A model generated the notes under the pieces. It did not search any database. It was not told where the DNA came from and worked only from the letters and a program-made list of their open reading frames with translations. A stretch of 64,000 bases of DNA from Pseudovirgaria hyperparasitica (Eukaryota), in assembly GCA_010093815.1 (NCBI GenBank), contig ML996565.1; one strand, 5' to 3'. Position 1 is the stretch's first letter. Each line of letters opens with the position of its first letter. Below are positions 62,801 to 64,000 of the stretch, in pieces. The translations under genes and the position numbers were made by a program.

Positions 62801-63691
62801 ACAAGGCCATATAGGGCTGTGGTTGAACGACCAAAGGTCGACAAGGTTCTTCTCGAGACTTATACACGCCATTGGTACGCGCGAGGATGGCTCTCCCATC
62901 CGCCCTCAACGCATCAATCTAAAGGCGGCTCCGCACAGCGCCCTCGCTATGGTCCGTTGAGTAGCCGCGTAGCTGTTATTGTTGGCGCATCATCTGGAAT
63001 GGGGGCAGCCATCGCCGCAGCACTTGCTCGCGAAGGCTGTCATCTAGCCCTCGCTGCAAGACGCTACGATGCATTAGAGGCTATCAAACGGCGGCTCGTC
63101 GTTCGTGAGGGCAAGGTCTTGATCCGTAAGACGGATGTTACAGATCGAAAGCAGGTCGAAGCGCTCATTACGCAAACGACAGCCGAGCTGGGACCTGTTG
63201 ACATTCTCGTCTCGTGCGCTGGTGTAATGTATTATACGCTGATGAAAAATGTACAGGTCGAGGAATGGGACCGGACTGTGGATGTGAATTGTAAGGGCCT
63301 ACTACATTGCTTGTCTTCTGTTGTACCAGGAATGCTGGCACAAGGCAGTGGTCACATTGTCGCCATCTCCTCCGATGCTGGTCGTAAAGTCTTTCCCGGG
63401 CTCGGCGTTTATTCTGCCAGCAAATTTTTCGTCGAGGCAACTTTGCAGAGCCTGAGACTGGAGACGGCCGGCTCAGGTTTACGCATCACGAGCGTGCAGC
63501 CAGGGAATACTGCGACTGATCTACTCGGCATGAGTAGTGATAAGGAAGCGATCAAGAAATATGGCGAGCCGACCGGGAGCAAGATACTTGATCCGGAGGA
63601 TATCGCTTCGTCGATCGTGTACGCATTACGGCAGCCGGGCCACGTAGCTGTGAACGAGCTGCTGATTGAACCGCGAGATGAGCCGATATGA
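59849..63691 (+). CDS. ATRR: NRPS-like A-T-R-R enzyme, glycine betaine reductase ATRR ortholog, 1280 aa, coding region intronless
   Basis: Start MPIIDTTKDLSALF. A domain YSSGTTGKPKG and YRTGDLAR; T domain FFDLGGHSL; thioester reductase LTGGTGFLG and YGHSK; C-terminal SDR VIVGASSGMG and YSASK; ends IEPRDEPI. Matches my recollection of Aspergillus nidulans ATRR. Confidence 0.93.
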   Translation: MPIIDTTKDLSALFTKQAETTPDALALDDDGTSYTYSDLHQKVDELAHRLRCHRVGRDSLVGVLLPRGADYVIACLAALRAGGAFLVLELAYPTDLLTDVIEDANPVVILTQRSEIGKLKDGVQFIALDDTESQQDGQRSDQDLPPLPADDDLDRLSFVAYSSGTTGKPKGIANPHRAPVLSYDMRFAISDLQPGDRVACNVFFVWEIIRPLLRGATVVPVPDETSYDPVSLVEFLSSKNITETLMTPTLLAAVLARHPEVGSRLAKLKTLWLNGEVVTTDLARRGLQALPGTRLLNCYSACETHEIACGDIAEMLENLDDGVAYCPVGKPLDPKRVYILNESGQKADVGVSGELFVGGNLLARGYINRPETTARAFTANPYSSAPGARMYRTGDLARLLPSGLLEIGGRVGAMIKLRGYSVVPGKVENAITTHLAVKHCAVIAHGEGLERQLVAYVVRDKDATQSRPALAIDEAGYSPSGRKMLSAYLAQYMIPALWVQLDEIPTHGVSGKIDTARLPSPPTPKPQAPGQKAERDPIDLEDIAEIWAITLNTSRGNITPEHSFFDLGGHSLLLAELASRFSKMFGFRVPASRLASPPTLNGHLETVRAVRDGRIAALQADLPAVLRADSVLEDDIISNGAKMCSLQNANTVLLTGGTGFLGAFLLNELLESTSAHILCLVRCNDPSEDDVPAGIARIRRNMIDFGLWNDEIMERIEIIPANLARKQLGLSSGAFQDIASRTDVIVHAAATVNLVYPYAALRDANVGGTREILRLASKGGSTVQYISSNGVLPPSAGGWPEEAMLGVEHVHEKLLDGYGHSKWVAEQLVVEASRRGMPVRIIRAGTISGHSTSGASNAWDLLNALFVESVRIGYFPDVPGWRAEMTPVDFVSKAIVHLGNQTHADQLVFHLGDPNPIPTKELFQHLTDLGYPTEPLEFDEWVAMWNVKRGAAKGGDGAFTVDILRSGMPSIGFLKGITVLNNVATRPYRAVVERPKVDKVLLETYTRHWYARGWLSHPPSTHQSKGGSAQRPRYGPLSSRVAVIVGASSGMGAAIAAALAREGCHLALAARRYDALEAIKRRLVVREGKVLIRKTDVTDRKQVEALITQTTAELGPVDILVSCAGVMYYTLMKNVQVEEWDRTVDVNCKGLLHCLSSVVPGMLAQGSGHIVAISSDAGRKVFPGLGVYSASKFFVEATLQSLRLETAGSGLRITSVQPGNTATDLLGMSSDKEAIKKYGEPTGSKILDPEDIASSIVYALRQPGHVAVNELLIEPRDEPI

Positions 63692-64000
63692 TAGATTGAG
63701 ATTTGTGTGTTTGCACCACGTTTTCTTCCAGCTCACGAATCTTTCAGCATAACTAGACGTACTTTACTGTGATCAATTCACATCCAACTACAATTAATTC
63801 ATATATAATTTACTCCGACCTCGAAATTCACTCTCACCATGCCCTAGCTGCCTGATCTCCTTCAGAATTTAAATACAGCCATCGTATGGTCACGTACGTT
63901 CAACCTGTCTGGGCGTGTAGGCTGCCATTCAAGCGGGGACGGTTGCATGGATGGTTGGCAGGCTCACCATGGATGCGGCTACACTGGCCGTGCCTCGCTA

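Overview
64 kb of euchromatic DNA from a filamentous ascomycete (Pezizomycotina; possibly a Dothideomycete, not determinable from this window alone), with short GT-AG introns and CTRAC-type branch points. I can support about 18 intact protein-coding genes. In order: a CobW/ZNG1 GTPase (3' end outside the window), Mob3/phocein, a C2H2+fungal-TF-domain regulator, a CoA-binding protein, a TetX-like FAD monooxygenase, an Eps1-like PDI, complex I NDUFA5, a second C2H2+TF-domain regulator, an Fe-ADH, a bZIP, an AtsA-type arylsulfatase, Bem1/BemA, Thp3, LTA4H/Lap2, a hotdog thioesterase, a chromo-like/AT-hook protein, a Cys-rich single-pass membrane protein and the A-T-R-R glycine betaine reductase ATRR. 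There are three disrupted genes: an SDR fragment, a proteinase K-type subtilisin, and a free-standing B3/4 editing-domain gene with one in-frame TGA. The window also holds RIP-like AT-rich patches and several micro/minisatellites. No tRNA, rRNA, CRISPR array or intact transposon was recognised. The most notable observations are: the single-TGA B3/4 gene beside ATRR; the chromo/AT-hook gene with an ACGCGA cluster in its promoter; recurrent strand-symmetric C/A-to-G/T skew switches; a 22-bp array built from the sulfatase stop codon; and duplicated symmetric exons in NDUFA5. All exon models were read by eye and family calls rest on motif recognition, not database searches.
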